Position numbers and translations under genes: made by a program. DNA of 64,000 nt from an uncultured Chthonomonadaceae bacterium (GTDB taxonomy: Bacteria; Armatimonadota; Chthonomonadetes; Chthonomonadales; Chthonomonadaceae): NCBI GenBank assembly GCA_963817895.1, contig CAWFQB010000001.1, positions 32,001 through 96,000 of the forward strand. Reading direction: 5' to 3'. Of this stretch, positions 17,491 to 29,140 are shown piece after piece; positions within the stretch are counted from its first letter, which is position 1; each line of letters begins with the position of its first letter. A model generated the notes under the pieces. The model did no database searches, was not told the origin of the DNA, and was given only the letters and a program-made list of their open reading frames with translations.

Positions 17491-18883
17491 TAGGCTCACT
17501 TTTGCAGCCCTTGATTGAACAGGGAGAAAGCGCGCGCGCGGAATTCAAGCGCGAAATTGATAAGTTGGAAATGGTCGGGCAAACCGTCTGCGCGTTCCTC
17601 AATGCCGGGGGAGGTACGCTTGTGGCAGGCGTCACGGACAACGGCAGGATTGTCGGCATCGAAAATGCTCAGAAAATGGCCGTTCGTATCCGGCAGGACC
17701 TTGCTCAGTATCTCTCTCCACAGGCATCGTATTCAGTGGACGTGGAGGAGATTGACGGTAAACCCTGTTTGATTGTGGATGTACCCCCCGGTTCACAAAC
17801 CCCTTATGTGTATCGGGATAATATTTTGGCGCAAACGGCCTACAAAGCGTTCGCGCGACCGGCGCTGACATTTCCGGCCTGCTGCAGCGCCGGCGACTGG
17901 AACCGGTACGCTGGGAGCGCCTGCCTGCGCTCGGCGCCGATATTGAGGAGTTGGATCAGGAAGAGATTGCCCGTACCATCACGCTGGAACAGCAGAACGA
18001 TTGGCGCGCAGGCAGGCAGGTTGTTTCCGCTGATGACGCATTGCAACTGTTGAACCTGACGGAGCGGGGGATGCCGCTCAATAGCGCGATTGTTCTCTTT
18101 GCCCGACAGCCTGCGCGTCGCTATCCTCAAATTCGTGTGCGCGTCGCCCGCTTCGCATCTGAGAATCCCTCTGATATAGTAGACCACCGCGCGTTTGAGG
18201 GACATGCCTTTGCTCTGTTGGAGCAGGCGCTTACTTTTTTGAAAGCGCATTTGCCTGTCACTGCTACGTTGCCGGATGATGGCCTTGTCCGTTCGGATAG
18301 GTTGATGTATCCTCCCGGCGCGTTGCGTGAAGCGCTTGTCAACGCTTTGATGCACCGCGATTACGCGGCATTTGATGGCGGCGTTGCTATACGCATGTAC
18401 CCGGACAGAGTGGAGTTTTGGAATTCCGGCGCATTGCCGCAGGGAATGACTGTTGCAACGCTCCGACAGGGTTACGTGTCGCGCCCTCACAACCCGGACA
18501 TTGCGCATATATTCCTGCTGCGCGGCCTTGCGGAGCGTATGGGGATTGGGGCGCGGCGGATAGTCGCCGAGTGTTTGGAAGCGGGCTTGCCGGAGCCGAC
18601 ATGGGAAGAAAAGGGCGGCGGTATTCTGCTGACATTACGCCGAACGCCCGCCCTTAAATCTTCCAATCGCCACATTCCATTAAGCCGAAGGCAATCCGCG
18701 TTTCTTGAACAAATGCTCCCCGGCGAACACATCACAGCGCAGGAATACCACCGCCGGTTCGCATCCGATGTATCTGACCGGCAGGCGCGTACGGAACTAG
18801 GGCAACTTGTGGAAATGGGGTATATGCGACGCGAGGGCCGTGGGCCTGCGACTGCTTACGAGCGCACATCTCTGCCAAAGTGA
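17487..18883 (+). CDS. AlbA_2 (Schlafen-like) + HATPase_c_4 + wHTH protein, frameshift ~17825
   Basis: GES..EFK, AFLNAGGG.L..GV.D; ALREALVNALMHRDY, SRPHNPDIA, ERMGIG; C-terminal HTH. Confidence 0.85.
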
Positions 18884-19030
18884 ACGACTGGCGCTCAGAT
18901 TAAATTTTCAAATTATCGTGGGAATCGAGCAATATTGCATAAGTAATGTGGTATATAATTTGAACGGTAGTCTTCTGGATGCCTTTCTTGCTTTCTGCTT
19001 CCACCTGTTCTTAACAAGGGAGATTCATTC

Positions 19031-19732
19031 ATGCGTTCTAAAATCGCTGTTCATGCCCTTATACCTTTCTGCGCTCTTGCCATGATTTCGGTCAACGCGC
19101 GTACAGCCAGGTCACAGGTCACTTTTTATACCAGCCAAACAACTTTTAACGCCAGCGCCGGTTCCATCCGACTGATTGATTTTGAAGGGATCGTTTCGGA
19201 CACGCAATTCACGCCCCTCACGCCTAAAATGGTGATTGGCGGCGTAACTTTCAGAACCTCTGTCGGTATGGAAGGTGTTGCGGGAAAGGATTCCGCCGTT
19301 GCGGGCGCGCCGTACAACTCCGCGCTGCTGTTCTCCAACAATGCCGCGCCTATCACCGCCGACCTGTCCACTGCCGGATCGAACATCACCGCAGTCGGAG
19401 GGGAGTTCGGCAACGTTTTGGCGGATGCGCCGGGAACCTTGACTTTAAAGTTGGGTTCAGGAAATTCTCTGGTTGAAAACATCACGGCGTCGAGTTTGAG
19501 ACAGGGAAGTTCGCCGAACTTTTTTGGCTTCACCGTTGTCGGCGATACCATTAGTTCTGTGACTCTGGACACCAGCGCTTTTGGGGGCATTGATAATTTT
19601 GTATTCAGCCGCACCGCTTCCTCCGCTTCCTCCGCCGTTCCCGAACCCTCCATGCTCACCGTTTTCTTCGGCTCTGTCCTGACCGGAATTCTCTTTCTGC
19701 GAGGGCGCAAATTCGCCCGCAATGCCGCGTAA
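19031..19732 (+). CDS. PEP-CTERM sorting domain-containing protein
   Basis: Signal peptide; VPEPS + TM + RGRK. Confidence 0.9.
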   Translation: MRSKIAVHALIPFCALAMISVNARTARSQVTFYTSQTTFNASAGSIRLIDFEGIVSDTQFTPLTPKMVIGGVTFRTSVGMEGVAGKDSAVAGAPYNSALLFSNNAAPITADLSTAGSNITAVGGEFGNVLADAPGTLTLKLGSGNSLVENITASSLRQGSSPNFFGFTVVGDTISSVTLDTSAFGGIDNFVFSRTASSASSAVPEPSMLTVFFGSVLTGILFLRGRKFARNAA

Positions 19733-19764
19733 ACGACCCAAACCGTTTCCTTACTTATGGCGCG

Positions 19765-19801
19765 ACAACAGCCTTCTGTCACCATATCAGAAGGCTGTTG
19801 T
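19765..19801. terminator. Hairpin terminator between convergent genes
   Basis: ACAACAGCCTTCTG / CAGAAGGCTGTTGT stem. Confidence 0.75.
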
Positions 19802-19855
19802 TATGATTTCGCTCACGCTATGGCAGAAGGCATGAGTTTAGTAGATGGGAAAGTG

Positions 19856-20290
19856 TTACCTTGTACGCCGACGTTTGATAGCGAAGGCAAACGGCAAGAA
19901 GAGCAGGGTTGCGCCTGCCAGATTACAGGTGTAGGGCGTGGACGGCCATGAAGCGCCGGTGACATTCTGCGCAGGGTCGCTTGCCAGATACCGCACCTCA
20001 ATCTTATCGCCAATATGAAGGCCACCGCGCTCCTGCGCGCCTACCTCACTGTTCCCTGTGTAGCGTTTGCCGTTCACTTCAAAAGCGTACGTAATGTCCG
20101 CTTTGCTGCCCTCTTCACCTTGCAGTGACATCAGAGTCCCCTGTGTTTTCACGCCTGCATCCTGAATATGATGAAAAGCGTGAAGCTGACCCATGCCAAT
20201 GACAATCATAACAATACCGACCGCGCCCAAAAGCCAGCCGATAACAGGATAACGAGTCAGTAGAGTTGACAACAAAAATCGCATTGCCAT
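19856..20290 (-). CDS. DUF3592-like membrane protein
   Basis: TM - beta domain (TQG..Y.F..NG..Y; GDKIEVRY..DP) - TM layout. Confidence 0.75.
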   Translation of the reverse strand: MAMRFLLSTLLTRYPVIGWLLGAVGIVMIVIGMGQLHAFHHIQDAGVKTQGTLMSLQGEEGSKADITYAFEVNGKRYTGNSEVGAQERGGLHIGDKIEVRYLASDPAQNVTGASWPSTPYTCNLAGATLLFLPFAFAIKRRRTR

Positions 20291-20328
20291 TTGTCTTTCT
20301 GTGGAAAATAGCCCGAAGGCATGTTGGT

Positions 20329-22999
20329 TTAGTGGCGCAGGTTGGTGTCGAAGAGTTTGAGGATGCGCTTGTACTCATCGGCCCAACTGGACGGTTCCTC
20401 AAAGGCGTGACTCTCGACCGGATACGCGGCGAGTTCCCAATTTTCTTTATGTAGTTCGATCAGGCGTTGCTCCAGTCGGACGGAATCTTGAAAGTGAACG
20501 TTGTCGTCCACCATGCCGTGACAGATGAGCAACGCGCCCTTCAAACCTTCGGCGAAGAAAATAGGCGAGCTTTGCCGGTACGCGGCGGGATCGTTTTGCG
20601 GCTCGTTGAGGATGTTGGCCGTGTAGCCATGATTGTAGTGCGCCCAATCCGTGACGGGACGCAGGGCCGCGCCCGCCGCGAACACGTCCGGCTGCGTGAA
20701 CATCGCCATTAAGGTCAGGAATCCGCCGTAACTGCCGCCATATAGTCCGATGTGTTTGGCGTCCGCGCCATACGTGGAAATCAGCCACTTCGCGCCGTCT
20801 ACCTCGTCGTCTAAATCCCTGCCGCCCATGTGACGGTAAATCCCCGTGCGCCAATCGCGCCCGTAGCCCGCCGAACCCCGATAATCCGCGTCCAAAACCA
20901 GATACCCGCGCTCCATCAACAGGTGATGAAACATGTATTCGCGGTAGTAGTAACTCCACCATGAATGGGCGTTTTGCAGATAGCCCGCGCCGTGTACGAA
21001 CAGAACGGCAGGCCCGCCTTTCTTCCATTTCGCCGGTTTGTACAGGCGGGCGTAAACCGTCGCGCCGTCCCGCGCTTTATAAGTGACAATCGGCGGATTT
21101 ATCCATTGATACGACAGCCATTCCGCAGTGGGCGAATGTGTTACCTGAACCGCATCGGTTTCAGTGATTTCCGTGTTCGCTGCCGTTTGAGCCGTTGCAG
21201 GAATTTTGCGCGCGTTTTTCAATGCGGTTGAAAATGGAAGATGGGATTTCGTTACGGAGTTGGTGTCTGTGGTAGCGCCCGCGCCGGATGCGCCTGCCGT
21301 TGACCCACTGTTGGGTTTGTTGGGCAGGAGGAACAGTTCGGGGGGATGGTTGCCGGTCGAGCGTACAATGGCAAGCGTTTTGTCATCCGGGGAAATCTCC
21401 CAATCGTCCTCATCCGCCTGCGACAGGCGCGTGATGCGGGTTCGGGTTCCGCCCGTAAGGGGCATGGAATACAACGCGCGTTCGGTCGGCCCGCCCTCGC
21501 TCGACATGAAATAGAACTTCTGTTTGTCTTCCGACAGCCGAACCCGCAGCACTTCAAACGGCCCCCGCGTCAGTTGAACCGGGTTCGCCATCTTCAGTAG
21601 AAACCACGTACAGGTGCGCGAATCCGTCCCGTTCGGAAACAAAGTAGACGTGCCGATTGTCCGGCAGAAAGCCCATTGCCCCCGCCCCGAACCTGCCTAC
21701 CCACGCCTCATCATGGCTTTGCGCCAGAACGGTTGTCTTCCCTGTTGCCGGGTCTACCCGAAGCAGCCACGCATCCTTGTTGTCCATGGCCCGCGCCGTG
21801 ACAATCGCCCGCTTGCCGTCTTCCGACCACTGCAAGCCCTGCCAATTGACGCGCCGAACTCCGGGCTTGACGCCCACAGCCGTAATCGCGGGCGGCGTGA
21901 ACAGGACGGGTTTCGCGTCCCCCGTTGCCACATTCAGCACTGCCATGCGCGTCGTACCCTGAACGTCGCCCACCTTGCCCCGGCCTGCGCTCTCTTCCGT
22001 GTAGCCGCTTTCCGTCACGAAGCGGGGAATGATCGCGCTTTTCTCGCCGCTGTCGCCCTCGCGAATCATCAGGCTGACCCATTGGCCGTCCGGCGACAGG
22101 CGCAGACTGCCCGCGTTCTGCCCCGCGCCAAGCGTAAACGGCTTGCGCTTGCCCAAATCCTGCTGCTTGCGTTTGGCCTCCTGCTCGTCGCGCTGTTTGG
22201 CCTCTTCGCGCAGGGATTCAAAGAGTTCCGCTTCGGTTTTCTTCAGCGCGTCCTGACTGGTCAGCGCACTGTTCGCGCCTGCTGTTCCCGCTGTGCCGTT
22301 CCCACTCGTTGCCGCGCCCCCGGTTCCGTCTGTATTTGTCCGCGCGGCGTTTGTTCCCCGCCGTTTTGTCTTGTGGGTGGCGAGCCTTGCGTTCGGCGGC
22401 GACCGCCCGCCTGCGCGATGAAGGGCGTTTGTTCCCCCGCCGCGCCCCGGCGTATGTCGGTCAACTGCCGCAGTCCCCCGCCCGTCAGCGACATCTCGAA
22501 AAGGTTGTTCTGCCGCTCGAACACGATGCTGTTGCCGTCGGCTGTGAAACGTGGGCTGTTTTCCGCTTCCAGCGTGGCGGTCAGTTGCCGCCGCTGGTTC
22601 TGCGCGAAATCGAACAGGAAAATATCGCCATTTTCAGCAAATACGGCAGAGCGCTTGTCGGGCAGACACCTCCCCAAATGCGGGCGGCAGCAATTTCGCG
22701 TCTTCGTCGGTCAATCTGTGCAGGCCGCTGCCATCCGCGTTGACCACATAATGCGCGTATTCTTTGCGCCGCGCTTCCCCCGCCTGCTTCCACTCGAAAT
22801 ACACGCGCTTTGAATCCTGCGACCAGCGTACACTCGTCGGCGCATAGCCGATCAACTCCGGCCCGCGCATGATGTTATCTACCGTCAGCGCGAATGGATG
22901 AGGAGTCGTCTGCCCGTACAGCGCGACAGGGGACAGCGCAAGCAAAGCAAGACCGCACAGGGGCGAAAACGCGCGAATAGATTGTAAGGAAAACTTCAT
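20329..22999 (-). CDS. S9 family peptidase (DPP IV-like), about 3 frameshifts
   Basis: Signal peptide, propeller repeats, GGSYGG, HGMVDDNV and ESH; split across 4 ORFs. Confidence 0.9.
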
Positions 23000-23247
23000 A
23001 ATGGATGTTGAACTTTCTGCCTGCTGGAACAGCGTCTAAGTGTTGAAAGGCGTTTATGCGAACATTATGAACACGAATAAGCGTCATGTCAACAGGGCAG
23101 GAGTTGGCGCAGGGCCGCGTGAACCCTTTGCGCGGAATATGCAACAAAACAGGTAGGAAGAAGACGTAAAAGAGGAGCGGCGCAGAGGCCGCGCCGTCTT
23201 TTTACGAGCGAACGGCGAAAAACTCTGCTATAGGGACGGGCAGGGTG

Positions 23248-23276
23248 TTGACAGAACGCGGCAAAACGGATACAAT
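23248..23276 (+). promoter_or_regulatory. Sigma-70-type promoter upstream of pilM
   Basis: TTGACA-N17-TACAAT. Confidence 0.65.
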
Positions 23277-23501
23277 GCAGGGGTGTGTTTCCCAAAGCTC
23301 CACCATTTTGCGGGTATGCGCGTTTCTGACCTCCTGCGCGTTTGCGGCCCTGTATTCGCGGTTTTCCATTCCGGTGAAAACGCGATCTCGAAATTCCCGT
23401 TCTTTCTCTGCTTTATCACAGCTGAACCGCTTCGGCGCATCCGACATCGCGTTGATGTTGAATTTGCCGCGCGCGGCAGCCACAATCAAGGATAGCAAAT
23501 C

Positions 23502-25120
23502 ATGGCAGGCGGCTCCTATATTGGTCTGGACATCGGTTCCAATCTCATCAAGGTCGCTCAGGTGCGCAAGAGCGGCAAAGGTATCGAGGTGGTTTCCCTC
23601 GATGTCGCGCCCACGCCCCAGGAAGCCTTTGAAAACAGCGTCATTATTGATCCGCAAATGCTGGCGCAGGCCGTGAAAGCATTGCTGAAAAAGGCCGGCA
23701 TCGGCGGTGGCGAGGTTATCAGCAGCGTGTCGGGACAATCCGCCGTCGTCGTGCGCGTGATTGACGTGCCACAGATGAACGCGGCGGAACTGGCCGAAAC
23801 CATGAAGTGGGAAGTGGAACGGCAGGTTCCCTTCAATGCCAGTGAAGTGGTTATGGATTACCAGCCCATCCAGCGGCCCGAAGGCTACGCGGACGGGCAG
23901 AACATGGAAGTGTGCCTTGCCGTCGCGCAACAGGACATGATTGACCGCCATGTGGAGATGCTGTTCAAGGCCGGCCTGAAACCCAAAGCCATTGACGTGG
24001 AACCGCTGGCATGCGGGCCGCTGTATGCTGACGATCCCCGCTACCGCGCAGGCGCCGGGACATACGGTTGCCATTATCAATCTGGGCGCGAGCAATACGG
24101 ACGTTTCCATTTTTCGAGACAACCTTTTAGCCTTTCCGCGCACCCTGAGTCTGGCGGGCGACCACTTTACCCGCGCCATTGCCAACGAAATGCACGTAGA
24201 CCTCGCCACAGCGGAACAGATGAAGCGCGATGTGGGCGAAGTGATTATGGGACAGGCCCCGCCGCAAGACCCCTACGGCAACTTTGGCGGCGGCGATTTC
24301 GGCGGTGGACCCGGGTTCATGGACTTTGCCACCGATCCCGCCGTGCCTGCCGCGCCCCTGCCCGGTTGATCCCGCCGCGCCATTGTCATCTGGAACCGGC
24401 CCCACATCGTCCCCCTCCGGGCGGATGCCGTTCGACTTTTCCACGCCGGGGGAAGCGCCCCCGCCGCCTGCCGCCACGCCGTTCGATTTCAGCAGCGGCG
24501 AAACCGGGCAGCCCGAAATGTTGGGGGGCGGCATGGACCCGGTGCAGAACGCAGCCGAACCTACCGGGTTCTTTACGCCGCCTGCCCCGGATTTTGGGGG
24601 CGCAGCCGCGTATCCCGCGCCGGACGCCATGCCGTTCGCGGATGCCGATCTGCCGGTTGCCGCGCCTTCGGGCGATCCGAATCGCGAGGCCATGCGAATC
24701 AACGTGTTCAATTCCATCGCGCCCGTCCTTGCCGAACTGGTGCAGGAGATACGGCGCTCTATAGACTACTACCGTAACAAGACGGGGGACGCGCCCATTC
24801 ATGAACTGGTGCTGGTGGGCGGCTCGTCCAAACTGCGCAACCTCGCGCCGTTTCTGGAAGAGCAGCTTGGCATCCCGGCCCGCGTCGGCAATCCGCTGGC
24901 GTCCATGTCCGTCATCGCCAAAAATCAGTCGCCGGATTACTTGCAGGATATTGCCGTCCTGTTCCCGGTCAGCATCGGCTTGGGGGCGTACCCGCTAATC
25001 GCGCCGCCCGCCAACGCTATGAAAAAGGGCAAGCCCGGTAAAGCGCCGAAAGCGCCGAAAGCCGCCCAAAAAGGGCAAACAGGCCGCAGCCGCCGCCTGA
25101 ACAACGCGCATCCCGCGTGA
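23502..25120 (+). CDS. pilM: Type IV pilus assembly protein PilM (frameshifts ~24010 and ~24360)
   Basis: IGLDIGS, WEVERQVPF, IDVEPLA, INLGASNT, EIRRSIDYY, LVGGSSKL; Pro/Gly-rich insert. Confidence 0.9.
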
Positions 25121-25171
25121 CCGAAACAGTGTGCGAACCTTCGGCGCGCTTTTTGTCGGGGAGACATCAGA

Positions 25172-26096
25172 ATGTTACCCATTAACCTACTGCCTAACTA
25201 CATCCATGATCGTGGCAAAAAGCCTAAACTGATGGCGGTTTATGGCGGCGTTATCGCGGCGATCATCATCGGCGCGGTGGTTTACGCCAATGGCATCCAA
25301 AATGACGTGAATAAGTCCAAAGAGGAACTGGCAACGGCGCAAACAAAGCAGACCACGTACAACGCCAAAGTCAGCGAAATCAACAAGATCAAGGGCGACA
25401 TCGCCGAAATCGGAACCAAGCAGACGTTCATCGCAACCGCGCAGACCTACAATCAGTCCTGGCCGGACACCTATGAGCTGATGCGCGACCTGACCAGCAA
25501 GGATGTCCTGCTCAAAAGCATGGCAATCGCTACGGATCGCAAAACGGTGACGTTGGCGGCCTTTGCCGCCAACGAGATGATCATCGCCAAATGGTGGATA
25601 GACGCTGAAAAATCATAAAGAAATTTTTGATAACGTCACGATGCAGATTCCCACGCATCCCTATAATCCCGCTAGCGCTAACGGGCCAGGCGGCGCTCCG
25701 GGCGGTGGCCCCGGTTCGGGCGGTTTTCCCGGCTCTGGTGGGGTAGGTTCCTCCATGCCGCTGGGAATGAGCATCAGCGGCGGAGGCTTTTCAGGTTCCG
25801 GTGGCTTTCCCGGGTCGAGCGGCGGGGGTGGCGGCGCGGTCGAGGGCGTTGGCCCCACCGAAATCGAGGGCAAGTCCGGCGTCAATTTCAGCGTCCGCGC
25901 TATTCTGAAAACCATGCTTGCAGGGGGTGGGACAGCGCCCGTGTGGCCGAGCAGCGCTCCTCCGGCTCCAGCCGGGGGCGGTTTTGGCGGCGCGGGCGGC
26001 GGCGCGGTCAGCGGTGGGCCAAGTTCGAGTGGCGGACCGGGTTCAAGTGGTGGACCGGGTTCAAGTGGTGGACCGGGTTCAGGCGGGAGGGATTGA
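25172..26096 (+). CDS. pilN: PilN-like protein with Gly-rich tail (frameshift ~25600)
   Basis: INLLP motif + TM + coiled coil, directly after pilM. Confidence 0.75.
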
Positions 26097-26099
26097 TCC

Positions 26100-26927
26100 A
26101 TGTCTAAATTGACTATGCTTCACATCAATATCATTGGTTTCGTCGTGGCGGCCCTGCTTGCGGGTATCCTGTATGGAACCCTGATCAAGCCGAAAAAAGA
26201 GGATTTGGAAGCCACGCAGTTGCAGGTCAAATCCACGCAGGATACGGGCGGCACGGATGAGGCGATTGCCACGAAAGACAAGGAACTGAAAAAGACCAAG
26301 CAGGATGCGGTAGAAACCCGGGCCAAATGGTCGGTGAACGAGGTCAAGTATATGCCTCCGTTCCCCTATACCGATAAAACAAATGACCTTGATTTGTACT
26401 TTTTCCCGGCTGTCGGCAAAAGCGATAAAGGGCAGTTGTACGGCTTTCGGGATATTCCCACCGTGTGGGGCCAGTGGGTGACGGGCTGGTACGACGCGCA
26501 GAAAAATAGTGGCGTGTCGCGCCTTCCCGGCACAGAATTCCCGATCAAGGAATTCGCCGCCGATCCCAACCAGTTGACGGACAAACTCACCGGTCATCTC
26601 ACGTTCCCTGAAGAGAGCAAAACATGGCCGGTCAAACTGGAGTGCAAGACTTTCAATGACGCGCTGGCGCATCTGCGCCGCTTCAACGGCATGGAAAAAC
26701 ACGGGATGCCCGTCATCAACAATGTTGCCCTTTCGGGGCAAACTCCCAATTTGCAGCTTGCGTATGATCTTGCGCTGTATATCATTCCGCGCAGCAAGCC
26801 GCCGGTGAAAGAGCCGATGATTGACGCGGCGGGCGGGTCGGGCGCTGGTGGCGCACCTGCTGCTGCCCCTGCTTTCGGGGGCGGTGGCGGCGGCAAAAGA
26901 TTGCCGGGCGCTAACGGGATGAATTAG
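26100..26927 (+). CDS. PilO-like membrane-anchored protein
   Basis: N-terminal TM and coiled coil; position after pilN. Confidence 0.55.
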   Translation: MSKLTMLHINIIGFVVAALLAGILYGTLIKPKKEDLEATQLQVKSTQDTGGTDEAIATKDKELKKTKQDAVETRAKWSVNEVKYMPPFPYTDKTNDLDLYFFPAVGKSDKGQLYGFRDIPTVWGQWVTGWYDAQKNSGVSRLPGTEFPIKEFAADPNQLTDKLTGHLTFPEESKTWPVKLECKTFNDALAHLRRFNGMEKHGMPVINNVALSGQTPNLQLAYDLALYIIPRSKPPVKEPMIDAAGGSGAGGAPAAAPAFGGGGGGKRLPGANGMN

Positions 26928-27000
26928 AATGTCGTTTCAACGGTGTTCAGTGTCGAGTGGCGCGTGGAACGTTCGCGCAGAAGAGTAAAGGGTTTCTGAC

Positions 27001-28017
27001 ATGCTGAAAAACAGTCCGATTTTGTTGGCAGGGGGAGTTGTCGCCGCGCTGCTGTTGAGCGGCTGCCATAAAGACGATGCGGAAAGCGCCGACAGCGCGG
27101 CTCCGCCGCCGATGCCGGTTCGGCCCGCGAAGCCGAACGTGGGCGCCTCCGGTATGGGAGCCAAACCCGTCGCAGACACGCCGGGAGCGACCAAGGGCGC
27201 GCCGGCCACAGGCAAAGTCGGGGGCGGCAAAACCGATCCCTTTGCTCCCAAAGGCGGCGGCAAGGCCGGGGACAAAATGCAGGCCAACAGTAAATCCGGA
27301 ACGGGAGCCGGCAAAATGGTAGGCGCGAAGGGCGCCGGATTCGGAACGGGGGCAGCCCCCGTGGCGACTCCCGGAGCCAGCGGCGTGGCGGGCGCGCCGG
27401 CTGCTCCCGGAACTCCTGGCGCTCCCGCAACACCGGGCGCTCCCGGCGTGGCGGGAGCGCAGATTGCCGCCGTGCCAAAGCGGATGGATCATGACCCCTT
27501 CAAAATAACCTGGCGGGTAGTTCCGCCGCCCCCGTATGTATTTGGAAGCGTGCAACCCCTGCGGCTTGCCAGCGCGGAAGTGGAGATTCCACCCGTCGGC
27601 GAAGTGAATGTGCGGGAAGTGGCAACCAGGCGCGTGTCGGGCATTATGAGCGGCGATGGCGTGTTTGCTATTCTGGAGGGCGCGGATGGCGGCGACCCCG
27701 AAATCATCAAACCGGGCAGTATGACGCGAGACGGCTACCGCGTAGTTGCCATTACCAGCGATACCGTGAAACTACAGCGGAAAGACGGGAATGTAATCCG
27801 CACCCAGATTGTGCCGCTCACAGACGCCTCTTCCACACAACAGCAGTCCAATAGCGGACTGTTCGGCGGACGCGGCGGGGCGGGCGGTAGTGGCTTCCCC
27901 GGCAGCAATGGCGGCTTTCCCGGTTCCGGCGGTGGCGGCGCGCGCAGCGGCGGCCCGACCAGCAGTGGCCGGGGCGGCAAGCGTGGCGGCGGCTTCAACG
28001 GCGCCGGCGCAGATTAA
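27001..28017 (+). CDS. PilP-like lipoprotein
   Basis: Lipobox LLSGC, long disordered region, DPF motif, beta domain RVSGIM..AILE. Confidence 0.6.
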   Translation: MLKNSPILLAGGVVAALLLSGCHKDDAESADSAAPPPMPVRPAKPNVGASGMGAKPVADTPGATKGAPATGKVGGGKTDPFAPKGGGKAGDKMQANSKSGTGAGKMVGAKGAGFGTGAAPVATPGASGVAGAPAAPGTPGAPATPGAPGVAGAQIAAVPKRMDHDPFKITWRVVPPPPYVFGSVQPLRLASAEVEIPPVGEVNVREVATRRVSGIMSGDGVFAILEGADGGDPEIIKPGSMTRDGYRVVAITSDTVKLQRKDGNVIRTQIVPLTDASSTQQQSNSGLFGGRGGAGGSGFPGSNGGFPGSGGGGARSGGPTSSGRGGKRGGGFNGAGAD

Positions 28018-28122
28018 GGGTTTGTAAAAGTATCAATTCCCGCGTAGGGGCAATCCCCCGTGATTGCCCTTCGGGAATTTACGTGATTGCCCTTCTGGAA
28101 TTTGTATATTTACAGACCCTAA
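28015..28122. repeat. MITE-like element enclosing a GTAG-type REP
   Basis: Ends AGGGTTTGTAAA / TTTACAGACCCT; internal GTAG-GGGCAATC..GATTGCCC hairpin at 28044-28070 with a partial duplicate. Confidence 0.6.
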
Positions 28123-28360
28123 AGGCGTTTACGCGGGCAAAAAGGACCGAAGCAGGAACTTTTCAAGAAATTTTCTGAAATTGTCCTTTTTGGCGTTGAA
28201 GAAGCAGGAAATAGCAGGCGGTGTCTGGTATAATCAACCAACTATGTAACCATCCCGGACACGAGGACGTCTAAGGCGCAGCGCGTATTGAGGCGCGCCC
28301 GTACGCTTCGGCGCGGGAAGCGCTGATATCAGGACGCGCATCACCGAGGAGGAGAAACCA

Positions 28361-29140
28361 TTGAAAACACGTTATGGAATTTACGGTCTGGCAGGCGTGT
28401 CGCTGGCCGCGCTGGGATTTCTGGGCATGCCGTCTATAGCGCGCGCCCAGGACGCGCCGGGTACCGACCCGACCAGCGGCAGCGAAGCCTCCAAACAACC
28501 TATCAAACTGGACCTGGAGAACGCGGACCTGTATTCGGCCCTGAAACTGCTGTTCGCGCAGGTCAAGGCCAACTACATAATTGATCCGGGCCTGCGGCAG
28601 CTTTCGGTGTCGGTGCATCTTTCCAACATCCCGTTTAGCACCGCGCTGGGATTAATCCTGCGCAGCGTGAACTCGCCGGTTCCTCTCACCTACTCTGTAG
28701 GTGAAGGCGGCGTGTACTCCATTCTGGAAAAGAAGGCGCCCGTGGATGAGGGCGGCGTGGTGGATGCGCCGATTGCAGATCCGGCAAGCAGCCTGTTGAA
28801 GTTCCGCAAGTTTTTCGGCACCACCGGCGAACTGCACTATAACTCCTTCTACATTGCGCAGCTGCTTGGTGTTAAAAACATCGTCCGATCCATCATTCAG
28901 GAACAGCAGCAGGGTGGCGGCGGCGGCTTCGGCGGCGGTGGCATAGGCGGCGGTCAGGGCGGCTTCGGCGGCGGGAGCAGCTTTGGCGGCGGCGGGAGCA
29001 GCTTTGGCGGTGGTGGCAGTAGCTTTGGCGGTGGTGGCAGCAGCTTTGGCGGCGGCAGCAGCTTTGGCGGCGGTGGCGGCAGCTTTGGCGGCGGCGGCGG
29101 CAGCTTTGGCGGCGGCGGCGGTGGACGCGGCGGCTTCTGA
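28361..29140 (+). CDS. Secreted STN/secretin-N0-like domain protein with GGGGSSF repeat tail
   Basis: SD GAGGAG, signal peptide, LDLENADL..ALKLLF..NYIIDP..VSVHL..PF..AL pattern. Confidence 0.7.
   Translation: MKTRYGIYGLAGVSLAALGFLGMPSIARAQDAPGTDPTSGSEASKQPIKLDLENADLYSALKLLFAQVKANYIIDPGLRQLSVSVHLSNIPFSTALGLILRSVNSPVPLTYSVGEGGVYSILEKKAPVDEGGVVDAPIADPASSLLKFRKFFGTTGELHYNSFYIAQLLGVKNIVRSIIQEQQQGGGGGFGGGGIGGGQGGFGGGSSFGGGGSSFGGGGSSFGGGGSSFGGGSSFGGGGGSFGGGGGSFGGGGGGRGGF
28914..29137 (+). repeat. Coding tandem repeat (GGGGSSF)n
   Basis: Repeated AGCTTTGGCGGCGG units. Confidence 0.9.
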
